A stretch of DNA of 52,569 nucleotides from a virus. Lineage: Duplodnaviria > Caudoviricetes. Positions 1-9,510 of the stretch are shown here, piece by piece (the stretch's first letter is position 1; each line of letters opens with the position of its first letter). A program made the position numbers and the translations under genes. The notes below the pieces were generated by a model. That model did not search any database. It was not told where the DNA came from and worked only from the letters and a program-made list of their open reading frames with translations. The DNA is taken from IMG/VR virus record IMGVR_UViG_3300020445_001331, positions 1 to 52,569 of that record. One strand, written 5' to 3'.

Positions 1-84
1 TATATTTTTCAACCATCTTTTAATCTTCCAACCTGTTATCCACATACAATTCCATATTCTTACTTTAATAATCCATAGCTTCAT
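1..84 (-). CDS. Partial ORF (MKLWIIKVRIWNCMWITGWKIKRWLKNI...), runs off the window start
   Basis: ATG at 84 overlaps the TGA of 81..737 (ATGA); frame is open to position 1; not in the ORF track. Confidence 0.5.
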   Translation of the reverse strand, partial: MKLWIIKVRIWNCMWITGWKIKRWLKNI

Positions 85-737
85 AGTAAATCCTCCGTCC
101 ATACTTTTCCATAGAGATGGATACGATCTGTACTGCCATTGTTTTCCACACTATGTGGAAGAGTTGTATTAACAAGATATGCCCAACCAGGTTCCATATG
201 AACTTCTTCTCCATCTATAATCCAATTACTATTAGGATTTGTATAGATAGGTATATGAACTCTAACTTTATCTGGGCTGTCTTGGTGTGTAATTAATTTA
301 GTGCCTGGCTTATGTATTGTTACTAACCACTTCTTACTACGTAAATGTAAATTTTCAACAAGCTCTAATCCGTAACCTGTAAAACATTTACGAGGATTAA
401 GTTCGTCATTATCATTATCTTTGTATTCGTCTTTTGCCATACCTTGTTCAAAAGGTTTAGGACCTTCGCTATCATCATTCCAACAAAGTGTATAGTAAGC
501 ATTATCTTCTGGCAAGTAATGTCCTGTCTTTGCTTCAGGATCACTTATAGGTTCTTTCCATACGTGATGATTTTCTCCTATAACAAACTTCCAGTCAGAG
601 TAGTTTTGTTCAAGGTCTTCAAACCATTCCTGTATTTTTCCTGGATCTACTCTCCACAGCTTTTGAACTTTAAACCCTAAATCAACGGGTTCATGTTTTT
701 CAATATACCGTTTGAAAGGTTGGGTGTTTTGTTCCAT
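81..737 (-). CDS. AspH-like Fe(II)/2-oxoglutarate-dependent hydroxylase
   Basis: HxD...H triad: LITHQDS...RVHIPIYTN...PHSVENNGSTDRIHL. Confidence 0.8.
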   Translation of the reverse strand: MEQNTQPFKRYIEKHEPVDLGFKVQKLWRVDPGKIQEWFEDLEQNYSDWKFVIGENHHVWKEPISDPEAKTGHYLPEDNAYYTLCWNDDSEGPKPFEQGMAKDEYKDNDNDELNPRKCFTGYGLELVENLHLRSKKWLVTIHKPGTKLITHQDSPDKVRVHIPIYTNPNSNWIIDGEEVHMEPGWAYLVNTTLPHSVENNGSTDRIHLYGKVWTEDLL

Positions 738-2265
738 TTGTGTTCCTTATACTTTCTCTTAAATCTATTGCAACGTAATCGTGTCCGTACAATATTAAAT
801 CATCTGGCACTAGTGACCTAAATTTTTTAAATTTATTTTCTAATACTTCTGGTTCTAAATTCCAATGTAACATTTCGCTTGACCAAATGTTAGTAGTCCA
901 TAATACTTTGTTGCCTTGGTGTGCATTTATTATATGAAATAAGTTTTCAGGTTCATTAACAATATCTATTTTATAATAAGAATGATCTAGCTGTACATAC
1001 CTATCCCATAGCTGTTTAAATGCTTCTCTACCGCCGTGTTCTTCAACTTCTTGTAGCCAAAATGACTCGTAATTGCCTCTATACGTTGAGCTGAAGTTAT
1101 ACTTTAGGTCGTGTTCCAGGAGCCAATGGTGTAAATCGTAACCATCCCACGTCTCTATTAAGTCTCTTTTGTATAATAAACTAGCATCACACCAATCAAA
1201 GTAGTGTACATGAGTGCCTGGGTGCTCCATTGTACGGTCATGAAACCTATTTGCATTTAAAATAGCAAGTGGTTTAAATCCTGCGGCCGCACTAAACAAA
1301 TGTTCAATAGGTTGTGTAGTACGTATGCCTTCTCCTGAAAGTGTTTCTGTATTAAACGCATAAACACGATTCTTTTCAATCTTTTCTTGGTAATCTAGTT
1401 TGCGTAACCAAGCCTTTTGACTTTGATTTAATTCATCTACTTGCCAATAATCTTTTTGTACCCAACTCTTTGATAGTACATCTGTTTTATTATAAGGATA
1501 TAAAAATATTTTACAAGCTCTCATATCACTTGTAAGGTTATCTATAGTAATATTATTTTTACAAGCCAAATCAATCCAATTAGACCCATCTGAAGTTACC
1601 TCCCATTCCTGTTCGCCTTTTTCTATATCTGCTCTAACCCACGCAGGAGTATAATCTGCGTGAACTGTTTCTTTGCTGAATACAAAATTACTTAATACAG
1701 GCTTTCTATCTTTATAAACACCTAGTTCATCAAACTCTGGACTACCTAGTTCTTGCCATTTCTTTAAATTTACAAATAGATATTGTCTATGTAACCCTGG
1801 ATATGAACCTTCTGTTAAATAATGCTGTTTCTTTTTATCCATGATATGCCCTATAACAAAGAAGTTAGGATTTCCTTCTGCATATTTTAAACTTTGATCT
1901 AAAAGACTTGGTCCTCTAGTAAGTAATAAGCCTTGTGCGGCAATCATACAGTATTCTTTATTTTCTTTTATAGCATTTTCTAAAATAGTCTTTACACTAT
2001 TACTAAAACCAACGTACTTACAATAGCCCATCTTAATCATACGATTAATATAAAAGTATGTCATATCAAAGCAACGTTTTTGTACAAATTTATTTGGGAT
2101 ATCTCTTGAAATGTCTAGTATACCGATAGCAACTTTGTTACCTACATTAAGAGTATCATAGTATCTATCTACAGTAACACTATTCCAGTCTTTTAGGATA
2201 GACATATTGTCCGCTACAATACCTCCTCTTGGGTATCTCTCGTCTGCTGTTGGAAATCTTTCCAT
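700..2265 (-). CDS. Hypothetical protein (521 aa), probably an enzyme
   Basis: Long ORF with SD AGAGGA, start 1 nt after the upstream stop; no motif I can confidently name. Confidence 0.75.
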   Translation of the reverse strand: MERFPTADERYPRGGIVADNMSILKDWNSVTVDRYYDTLNVGNKVAIGILDISRDIPNKFVQKRCFDMTYFYINRMIKMGYCKYVGFSNSVKTILENAIKENKEYCMIAAQGLLLTRGPSLLDQSLKYAEGNPNFFVIGHIMDKKKQHYLTEGSYPGLHRQYLFVNLKKWQELGSPEFDELGVYKDRKPVLSNFVFSKETVHADYTPAWVRADIEKGEQEWEVTSDGSNWIDLACKNNITIDNLTSDMRACKIFLYPYNKTDVLSKSWVQKDYWQVDELNQSQKAWLRKLDYQEKIEKNRVYAFNTETLSGEGIRTTQPIEHLFSAAAGFKPLAILNANRFHDRTMEHPGTHVHYFDWCDASLLYKRDLIETWDGYDLHHWLLEHDLKYNFSSTYRGNYESFWLQEVEEHGGREAFKQLWDRYVQLDHSYYKIDIVNEPENLFHIINAHQGNKVLWTTNIWSSEMLHWNLEPEVLENKFKKFRSLVPDDLILYGHDYVAIDLRESIRNTNGTKHPTFQTVY

Positions 2266-2266
2266 A

Positions 2267-2962
2267 CTATCCTCTATTCGTATAGTAACTTTGTCTTAAT
2301 ACATAAAAGAAATCTCTAATTCTTCTTCCTAATTCGTAATGTATAATCATATGTATACGAGGTTTATCACTTCTATTCCATACACTATGAACGTTACTAA
2401 TATCCATTAAGAAAGCACTACCTTCATCTTCAAAAGGAACTTTGCCTCCGTCTTTAAAAACAAAATCACAACCTTCTGGATTGTTTAAACTAATATTGCA
2501 AACACTTAAACGTTTTTCTGTATCGGCTCTGTCTTGATGTGGTAAAATATAACCACCTGGTTCAAGTAACATAAAACGTACACGATTTAAATACTCTGCT
2601 GGCCATACATCTGTTAAAAACTTTTTAGTTTCAGGACATTTATCTGCTACCCAAGTCCAATCTAATTCTTTAATAGAGTCTTTTCTATCTCCATAGCTAT
2701 CAAGACTTTGTGTATCTTCATTTAATCCGTGTAGTGTTAAACTTTTCCACCCTTTACCATATTCTTCTCTATGTTCATGAAATGAATCAAGTAAATTTTC
2801 AGCTTCAATATACATACCTTTCCAAGGTTGGTTATCTAAAGCACTTAAACGGAAATAAGGCCACTCACTTTCCATAACAATCCATTTAGGATCAAACTGT
2901 TCTGGATACTTTTGAGCTTTTATTTCACCGTTTGTATCATGAAATTGGTGTAGTTCTTGCAT
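2267..2962 (-). CDS. AspH-like Fe(II)/2OG hydroxylase (231 aa; start revised to 2962)
   Basis: RVRFMLLEPGGYILPHQD...HSVWNRSDKPRIHMIIH; the longer 3211 start would overlap the divergent rSAM gene. Confidence 0.82.
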   Translation of the reverse strand: MQELHQFHDTNGEIKAQKYPEQFDPKWIVMESEWPYFRLSALDNQPWKGMYIEAENLLDSFHEHREEYGKGWKSLTLHGLNEDTQSLDSYGDRKDSIKELDWTWVADKCPETKKFLTDVWPAEYLNRVRFMLLEPGGYILPHQDRADTEKRLSVCNISLNNPEGCDFVFKDGGKVPFEDEGSAFLMDISNVHSVWNRSDKPRIHMIIHYELGRRIRDFFYVLRQSYYTNRG

Positions 2963-2967
2963 ACGTA

Positions 2968-3016
2968 TATTTACCGAGCCAGGGTAGTTAAATACTCGGT
3001 TAATGGGCGGTAAATA
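2968..3016. promoter_or_regulatory. Back-to-back late-promoter-like CGGTAAATA motifs (9-bp perfect inverted repeat)
   Basis: TATTTACCG 2968-2976 and CGGTAAATA 3008-3016, with 5 nt and 4 nt between motif and ATG (2962 minus, 3021 plus); resembles T4 late TATAAATA. Confidence 0.6.
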
Positions 3017-3020
3017 CAGT

Positions 3021-4016
3021 ATGCCATTCTTACGAGTAAAGGACATAGATACTGTAACAGTAGATTTCACTAGCCATTGTAATGCTATGTGTGGTAATTG
3101 TAGCAGAAACATAGGAGGAACTGAAGTAAACCCTAGAATGCCTCTTGAACATATGAGACCCAATACGTGGAAACACTTATTCACAGAAGAAGTATGCGAG
3201 AATATAAACAAGATTGTTTTAAATGGAGCATACGGAGATCCGTTGCGTAATCCTTATATCTTTGAATGTATTAATTATTTAAAAAATTATAAAATGCCAG
3301 AAATTAATATACATACAAACGGGGGCATGAATGGCCCTAAATTTTTTGCGGAACTGGCAGAGTGTTTAAAACCTTTTCCTTTTCCAACTCATGTAGTGTT
3401 TAGTATTGATGGGTTAGAAGATACTAATCACTTATATAGAAGAAATGTGTTATGGCATAAAGTTATGGAAAACGCACAGGCATTTATAGACGCAGGTGGA
3501 TTAGCACGTTGGCGTATGTTAGTATTCAAACATAATGCACACCAATTAGAAGAGTGCGAAGCATTAAGTAAAAAGATGGGCTTTGGAAAGTTTGATATTA
3601 ATGGCGGTTATAGTTTTAGTGCATTAGATAGTGTAGTTAGTGAAGCAGTAGAAAAGTTTAAAGCAAGTAAAAAAGATCAAGCACGTACTATTACATACGA
3701 CGATAAACATTTAGATAATGTAGAACGTATGAAAGGGTTAGTTGAAAAAGGATTTGAGAATAGCACTATTAAATGTCAGTGGCAAATAAAGAATAAGGTA
3801 CAAGTTAGTCATATGGGAGAAGTATTTCCTTGCTGTCATACACTAGCTGATAGGTATCCTAAAGATGTTGATAGTATATATGGAAAAGAAGTAAACACTA
3901 TTAGTTGGTTAAACGTAAACGATATGCCATTAGTTGATATATTAGAAAGTAATACATTAACAGATCCAGCTGATAAAAGATTTAAACTATGTGAGGTAAC
4001 TTGCGGTGAAGTGTAA
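3021..4016 (+). CDS. Radical SAM protein with C-terminal SPASM/twitch-like Cys motif (start revised to 3021)
   Basis: CNAMCGNC; NGAYGDP; HTNGG; FSIDGL; C-terminal C...VFPCC...CEVTC; paralog of 15243..16235. Confidence 0.88.
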   Translation: MPFLRVKDIDTVTVDFTSHCNAMCGNCSRNIGGTEVNPRMPLEHMRPNTWKHLFTEEVCENINKIVLNGAYGDPLRNPYIFECINYLKNYKMPEINIHTNGGMNGPKFFAELAECLKPFPFPTHVVFSIDGLEDTNHLYRRNVLWHKVMENAQAFIDAGGLARWRMLVFKHNAHQLEECEALSKKMGFGKFDINGGYSFSALDSVVSEAVEKFKASKKDQARTITYDDKHLDNVERMKGLVEKGFENSTIKCQWQIKNKVQVSHMGEVFPCCHTLADRYPKDVDSIYGKEVNTISWLNVNDMPLVDILESNTLTDPADKRFKLCEVTCGEV

Positions 4017-5076
4017 GTATTTAGAACATCAAATTTGTACAAGATCAGACGGTCAATATCGTTTGTGTTGTACTTCCTTTGAACCTGATAACAAAGAAAC
4101 CATATACACTCATACACCACAACAATGGCACGATAGTGATTTCCATAGAGGTGTGCGTGAACAATTAGATCGTGATGAATGGCCTGAGGCTTGTATTAAA
4201 TGTCAAGAAGCAGAAGAAAAAGGTTTAGAGAGTATGCGTACTAAAGTTAAAGAAGATGGTACTAGATACGTTAGAAATCACTTTGGTCCAGGACTTTCGC
4301 ATTGGGATCTTCGCTTTGGTAATAGTTGTAACTTAAGATGTATTAGTTGTTTCCATTTATCTAGTAGTAGTTTAGCCGAAGAGGCTATTGCTATGCAGAA
4401 AGCAGGAGTGCAACCACTTCATATGCCTTTATTAGATGAGCCTAACTTTAATTGGGTTACTGAAGAAACATTAAAACACTTTGAAAACTTGCCTGATATG
4501 AAAGAAGTTTACTTAACAGGTGGCGAACCTATGATGGTTAAACACTTACCTGGCTTTTTAGATAGACTAGATCCTACTGTATGTGTAAGATTTAATACTA
4601 ATGGAACATTATGGAACCCCAAAGTATCAAAGATATTAAAAAAGTTCCGTACAGTAATTATGAGTATGAGTATTGATGCAGTAGATCATAAAATAGATTA
4701 TATTAGACACGGAAGTGATTGGGATATTATATCAGAAAATACACAAAGGTATGCAGAGTTTTGTACTGTAGATGTTACTCCAACCACTAGTGTATTAAAT
4801 GCAATATATGATGACGAAATAAGAGAGTATTGTGCAAAGAATCGTTTTAAAATTTATGATAACTTACTAATAACTCCTTATTGGTTACACGTAAGAAATG
4901 CACCTGACGAATTAAAGAAACGTTTTACAGGAAACATAGCCAAGTGGGCTGACGTTGATGCTGACCCTGAATGGCAAGATAAGTTTAGAGAATATATAAC
5001 AAAATTAGATAACTGGAGAGGTATGCATATTAAAGATTACCTACCAGAGGTAGCAAAGGCTTATGGACTTAATTAA
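4006..5076 (+). CDS. Radical SAM protein with N-terminal twitch-like domain
   Basis: N-terminal C...DGQYRLCC...CIKC, then CNLRCISC, TGGEP, NTNGT, SIDA; GTG start. Confidence 0.88.
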   Translation: MKCKYLEHQICTRSDGQYRLCCTSFEPDNKETIYTHTPQQWHDSDFHRGVREQLDRDEWPEACIKCQEAEEKGLESMRTKVKEDGTRYVRNHFGPGLSHWDLRFGNSCNLRCISCFHLSSSSLAEEAIAMQKAGVQPLHMPLLDEPNFNWVTEETLKHFENLPDMKEVYLTGGEPMMVKHLPGFLDRLDPTVCVRFNTNGTLWNPKVSKILKKFRTVIMSMSIDAVDHKIDYIRHGSDWDIISENTQRYAEFCTVDVTPTTSVLNAIYDDEIREYCAKNRFKIYDNLLITPYWLHVRNAPDELKKRFTGNIAKWADVDADPEWQDKFREYITKLDNWRGMHIKDYLPEVAKAYGLN

Positions 5077-5518
5077 AAAGAATATAGAAAAGAAACGTGA
5101 AGTTTATAAACTTGAAGATAGATATCGTAAAGTTTGGTATGATATTGATTTAGATAGATTAGAAGAACACGTTACTATATTAAATGAAGTTATTCCTGGT
5201 TATGTTTTAGACTATGGTAAAACTGAAAACAGTATGTACATAGACTATCACATTGTTCCTGGTACACCTGCCAATGAGTTTGCACATACTCCGCAGTTCA
5301 TTAAAAGGATACACGACTTTTGTGTAGAAACATTAGATCAAACAATGCCTTATGCACACTACGATTGGGTGTTAAGTAATATTATGATAGATGGCGAGAA
5401 TACATACTTTGTTGATTGGGATAACATAGGAATTTATTCGCCAGAAGAAATTAAAACAAAGTTAGAAGCAGATTTAAAATCAGCTTTTGGAGGAGCATAT
5501 GACCCCACAAGCATTTAG
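5063..5518 (+). CDS. Minimal protein-kinase-like phosphotransferase (APH/choline kinase/RIO-like fold)
   Basis: Catalytic loop HYDWVLSN (HxDxxxxN) followed by metal-binding FVDWD. Confidence 0.65.
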   Translation: MDLIKKNIEKKREVYKLEDRYRKVWYDIDLDRLEEHVTILNEVIPGYVLDYGKTENSMYIDYHIVPGTPANEFAHTPQFIKRIHDFCVETLDQTMPYAHYDWVLSNIMIDGENTYFVDWDNIGIYSPEEIKTKLEADLKSAFGGAYDPTSI

Positions 5519-6731
5519 CTATCCAATAGTAGCAAACAATGGAATGATTTATATTCCGCCATTTGGCTTAACAGAGTCTATTGACTATATGTTAAAGTTT
5601 AATCCTAAAGACGAAACGTTTACAAGAATTAAGTTAGACGTTAGCGATTGTACAGAAAAATGGATATGGGGAACTGCTTGGAGAAACAAAATTATTGTAC
5701 TACCTTACAACGAAGATAATATTCTTATTATAGATACAGACGATGATAGTGTAGAGTATAGTGAAGTAGAAAAAGGAAAAGGAAAATATATACAAGGTCA
5801 CATACACGGAGATAATTTATTTGCTTTACCTTATGGTGAACACGAACCATATGACTACGTATTAAATTTAGCTTTACCTTATATGTATCCAGACCAAGAA
5901 AAATTAAAGTTACCTACTAACGATTGTAAGAAGTGGCATACTACACAAATAATAGATGGAATTATATATGGGTTACCTAGAGGTGAAAGTTTAGATAATA
6001 GCTTTAATTATAGAATAGAATTTGATTGTAGTAATGAAGAATATGAATTAACAGATATGCTACCTGAATGGGAAGACTATGAACACGATGGCTTTAATAA
6101 TAAAAAGTATACTACAATGGCTAAGGTTGGCAATAGATTATATGCTCCGCCTTATAGTGAAAACCCTAACTTTGACGTATTAACTAAATTTGTTGATGGC
6201 AAATGGATTACTGAACGTACAGGTATTAAAGGAACAAGCAGAACATACTTTGCTCATAGTGTTGCAAGTAATGGTAAAATATTTTGCCCTCCAGCAGGAC
6301 ACGAAGAAACGTGGAGTGAAATGTTAGTTATAGACCCTTCAGCAGATAACGGTCATGATACATATTGGCACACAATTAATTTAGGTATAGGAAAAGAAAG
6401 TAAAAAATTCTTTGCAGGTGTTGAAAACAGTAAAGGATATCTTTACTTTATGCCAAGAGGTGGTTGCGTATGCGAACCTGAAAGTACTTGGAAAAGTCAA
6501 GGTGACTTAACAGAAATACTTAAACTAGATATTAGAACAGAAGAGTTTACTACAATAGATGTAAGCAAATTATTTAAAGATGATACAAGTATTGAAAAAT
6601 ATAATAAGTGCGTAATTTTAGATGACGTAATATATGCTTTCCCTTACGGACAATCTGAAGACTTTCATAAACTTTTAATATTTGATACTCTTACGGAGAA
6701 AGCAAGGACAGTGGATTTAAGAGATGTATAA
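5499..6731 (+). CDS. Repeat protein, predicted beta-propeller (about 8 blades; start revised to 5499)
   Basis: Repeats NGMIYIPPFG, NKIIVLPYN, DNLFALPYG, GIIYGLPRG, NRLYAPPYS, GKIFCPPAG, GYLYFMPRG, DVIYAFPYG; SD GGAGG before ATG 5499. Confidence 0.7.
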   Translation: MTPQAFSYPIVANNGMIYIPPFGLTESIDYMLKFNPKDETFTRIKLDVSDCTEKWIWGTAWRNKIIVLPYNEDNILIIDTDDDSVEYSEVEKGKGKYIQGHIHGDNLFALPYGEHEPYDYVLNLALPYMYPDQEKLKLPTNDCKKWHTTQIIDGIIYGLPRGESLDNSFNYRIEFDCSNEEYELTDMLPEWEDYEHDGFNNKKYTTMAKVGNRLYAPPYSENPNFDVLTKFVDGKWITERTGIKGTSRTYFAHSVASNGKIFCPPAGHEETWSEMLVIDPSADNGHDTYWHTINLGIGKESKKFFAGVENSKGYLYFMPRGGCVCEPESTWKSQGDLTEILKLDIRTEEFTTIDVSKLFKDDTSIEKYNKCVILDDVIYAFPYGQSEDFHKLLIFDTLTEKARTVDLRDV

Positions 6732-7863
6732 AGCATTTGAAGATCATTATAGAGAACTAGACATTAAGCATTTGTTATTAGCAGAGCATGATGGTGAGTT
6801 AATATCTCCACCCTTTGCAACTGAACTTTGTAAAGATTATAGTAAGGTGGCGGTTTTTGGGAATTCTGTTTCCTATATAGATTTAGATTTACCTCCTGTT
6901 ACAAGTAAAATTAATGCTACTGCAAGAGTTAATGGTAGCACTTGGTTAATTCCATATGGCTATTGGGACGAGTTTAGAACAGTAGTAGAGTTAAAAGGTA
7001 CTACACCTATATACCATACACTAGACAAAGGTGGTATGGGACAATTTTATGGTTGTGCTTCTAACGGAACTACTGCTTGTAGTTTTCCTTTAGGAACTTC
7101 TAATACATCTTTTTTACTATACATTGATGAAAAAGGATTGCATACACAAGACTTTGATGCTGAAATGAGAAAGAGTCATATGGGTACTGCATACTGTAAT
7201 GGAAGATATTGGAGTATGCCTAGAGGTGACTTTAGAAACTATAATGTATTAGTAAGTTATGACGGCAAAGATATAGTAAAGTATCCTATACCTGTTGACC
7301 ATACTTTAAGTAGAAAGTTTACAGATTTAATTCCAGTAGGAGATACGTTATACAGTTTGCCTTATGGTGAAACAGCAGGACTTACTCAAGTTGTAGAATT
7401 TAATACAGAATACAATAGTGTATCTACACACGAACTAAACGTTCCAGACTTTGCTAAAAAATATAATGCTCAAGTTTTAGTTGACGAAACTATTATTGGT
7501 GTACCATATGGTGACGGAGATGACTTTGAAAGTAAGTACGGTGTTGTATTTGATACAGTAACAAAACAAAGTAGACCTTTTGATATTGAAATAGGCTACG
7601 GTGGCAAGTATAGATTTAAATGCGGTATTGCATATAAAGGCAGAGCAATATTTTTGCCTAGTGGAACTCCTGGCTTACCTATTATAAGTGTAGCAACAGA
7701 TGGTACGTTTCATGCAACAAAAACGGACAACTCAAAGTTGTTTGGAAGACCTATTATATATAAAGAAAAACTTTATACCTTGGTTTTCAACACAATTGAT
7801 AACAGCCATTCTTTGGTTGAAATAGACGAATGGTTAAGGGTAAATGAGGTTACCAAAATATGA
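6724..7863 (+). CDS. Second predicted beta-propeller, divergent paralog of the upstream gene
   Basis: Same repeat type: GELISPPFA, STWLIPYG, ACSFPLG, RYWSMPRG, TLYSLPYG, TIIGVPYG, RAIFLPSG. Confidence 0.65.
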   Translation: MYKAFEDHYRELDIKHLLLAEHDGELISPPFATELCKDYSKVAVFGNSVSYIDLDLPPVTSKINATARVNGSTWLIPYGYWDEFRTVVELKGTTPIYHTLDKGGMGQFYGCASNGTTACSFPLGTSNTSFLLYIDEKGLHTQDFDAEMRKSHMGTAYCNGRYWSMPRGDFRNYNVLVSYDGKDIVKYPIPVDHTLSRKFTDLIPVGDTLYSLPYGETAGLTQVVEFNTEYNSVSTHELNVPDFAKKYNAQVLVDETIIGVPYGDGDDFESKYGVVFDTVTKQSRPFDIEIGYGGKYRFKCGIAYKGRAIFLPSGTPGLPIISVATDGTFHATKTDNSKLFGRPIIYKEKLYTLVFNTIDNSHSLVEIDEWLRVNEVTKI

Positions 7864-8978
7864 AATGTTTAGCCCCATGGCACAGCATTTTGGTACGTTT
7901 TAATGGTGATATTGTACCAGACGGAGTGTACAAAAATCGCTATGGTAACGTGCTTAAATCGTCTTTAAATGACGTCTTAGACAGCTTTACAGCGTCATAC
8001 ACTAAAGATTCTTTGCGTATGGGTCAACTACCACCCGAGTGCGAACAATGTGCTTTAAAAGAAGGTTCTGTAGGTCATAGTAGACGTTTATTCTTCCGTG
8101 ATATACTTAATCCAATGGTTGAAAATTTGGATTATGACTACTCAAAAAACTTCACAGATATAATGTTTTTGGAGTTTAATATGAGTAATATTTGTAACTT
8201 AAAATGCCGTATGTGTAATGGTATAAGTTCAAGTGCTTGGGTTAAAGAAGAAAAGAAATTGGCATCAATATCAGCTGATTATCAACGTCCTGTAGAACAT
8301 CCTGAGTTTGGTTATACAAATAAAAGTGAAGAAATTGTTGCTAGACTTTTTGAAGATCCAACACCATTTAAGAACTTACGTTACCTAAGTATTAAAGGTG
8401 GCGAACCTTATATGGAACCTGCTAATAAAATTATACTTAAGAAATTTATTGATTTAGGTATTGCTAAAAACGTTACTATCGATTGGACTACTAATGGAAC
8501 TATGGTAGATGAAGAAGTTGCCGACTTGGCAAAACAATACGGTCATACTAAATGGACAGTAAGTTTAGAAGGTACTGACGGACTTTATGAATACATTAGA
8601 GGCGGTAAGAACTTTAGCTTTGAACAACTTAATACCAACTTACAACAATATGACTTTGATAGAATAATAATTGCTGTAACTGTAATGACATACAATATTG
8701 CACACTTACACGAAATACAAAAATGGTTTGATAAAAATAAAAAGAGTAACTGGTCAATTTACTTTAACAATGTAGTGGCTACTCCGGCTTACTTAAATCC
8801 AAGAGTTTTACCTAATGATATTTTACAAGATATCAATCCTAAATTAAAAAATATAAATTATACAAATAACGGAAGTAACTTATTAGATACTTTTGTAAAT
8901 TATACAAAAGATTTAGATAAAATTAGAAACGACAATGTATTAGATCATTGTCCTGAGCTTACTAGGCTTTTTGTATAG
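7860..8978 (+). CDS. Radical SAM protein with degenerate N-terminal twitch-like domain
   Basis: MKCLAPW...CEQC, CNLKCRMC, KGGEP, TTNGT, SLEG. Confidence 0.88.
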   Translation: MKCLAPWHSILVRFNGDIVPDGVYKNRYGNVLKSSLNDVLDSFTASYTKDSLRMGQLPPECEQCALKEGSVGHSRRLFFRDILNPMVENLDYDYSKNFTDIMFLEFNMSNICNLKCRMCNGISSSAWVKEEKKLASISADYQRPVEHPEFGYTNKSEEIVARLFEDPTPFKNLRYLSIKGGEPYMEPANKIILKKFIDLGIAKNVTIDWTTNGTMVDEEVADLAKQYGHTKWTVSLEGTDGLYEYIRGGKNFSFEQLNTNLQQYDFDRIIIAVTVMTYNIAHLHEIQKWFDKNKKSNWSIYFNNVVATPAYLNPRVLPNDILQDINPKLKNINYTNNGSNLLDTFVNYTKDLDKIRNDNVLDHCPELTRLFV

Positions 8979-9510
8979 GATCCATACACACGTAATGAAT
9001 GTTTATGTGTTGTGGTTGATCTATTAACCACTTAACATATTTTCCAGCTTCTAATAAACTAATTTTATTTTTGCCGTCTTCACGTGCTTGTTGACTTTGA
9101 CTGTTTAGTTGACCAAATGCTATGTTAGTAACTCTTATATCACTATTACCCCAACAAGAGTCTTGACTCATCTTTTTACTCATGCCGTCTAGCATTAATT
9201 TGTTTTCTTTATAATTTTTAGGACTATATCCGCCTTCCCAATAAACACTTGTACTACTAATGTTTATAATATGTCCTTTTTCAAACTGATTATAAACTGC
9301 TTCTAGTATTTTATACTGTTGTCCATCAGGTCCATAAAGACTGTTTACAAATACATCATAATCTTTTGCATAGTTGGCGACTTTTTGTGCATCGTTCATA
9401 TCCCAACCGTTATGACGTCCTATAAACTCTACCATATTACGATTGTAGGCTTCCCATATACCTTTGCATAATCCTTCATAATTAGGATTACCTGTAATTA
9501 AAATTTTCAT
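8962..9510 (-). CDS. Short-chain dehydrogenase/reductase (SDR)-like protein (start revised to 9510)
   Basis: MKILITG..., DVFVN, IINISS, YKENK (YxxxK); ATGA overlap with the upstream stop. Confidence 0.75.
   Translation of the reverse strand: MKILITGNPNYEGLCKGIWEAYNRNMVEFIGRHNGWDMNDAQKVANYAKDYDVFVNSLYGPDGQQYKILEAVYNQFEKGHIINISSTSVYWEGGYSPKNYKENKLMLDGMSKKMSQDSCWGNSDIRVTNIAFGQLNSQSQQAREDGKNKISLLEAGKYVKWLIDQPQHINIHYVCMDPIQKA

Noticed and set aside
2963-3211. N-terminal extension of the 2267..3211 ORF, and similar extensions at 3003, 5487, 9528, 10080, 15289 and 16274
   Set aside because: They overlap neighbouring genes or promoter motifs; internal ATGs fit the SD, coupling and domain starts better
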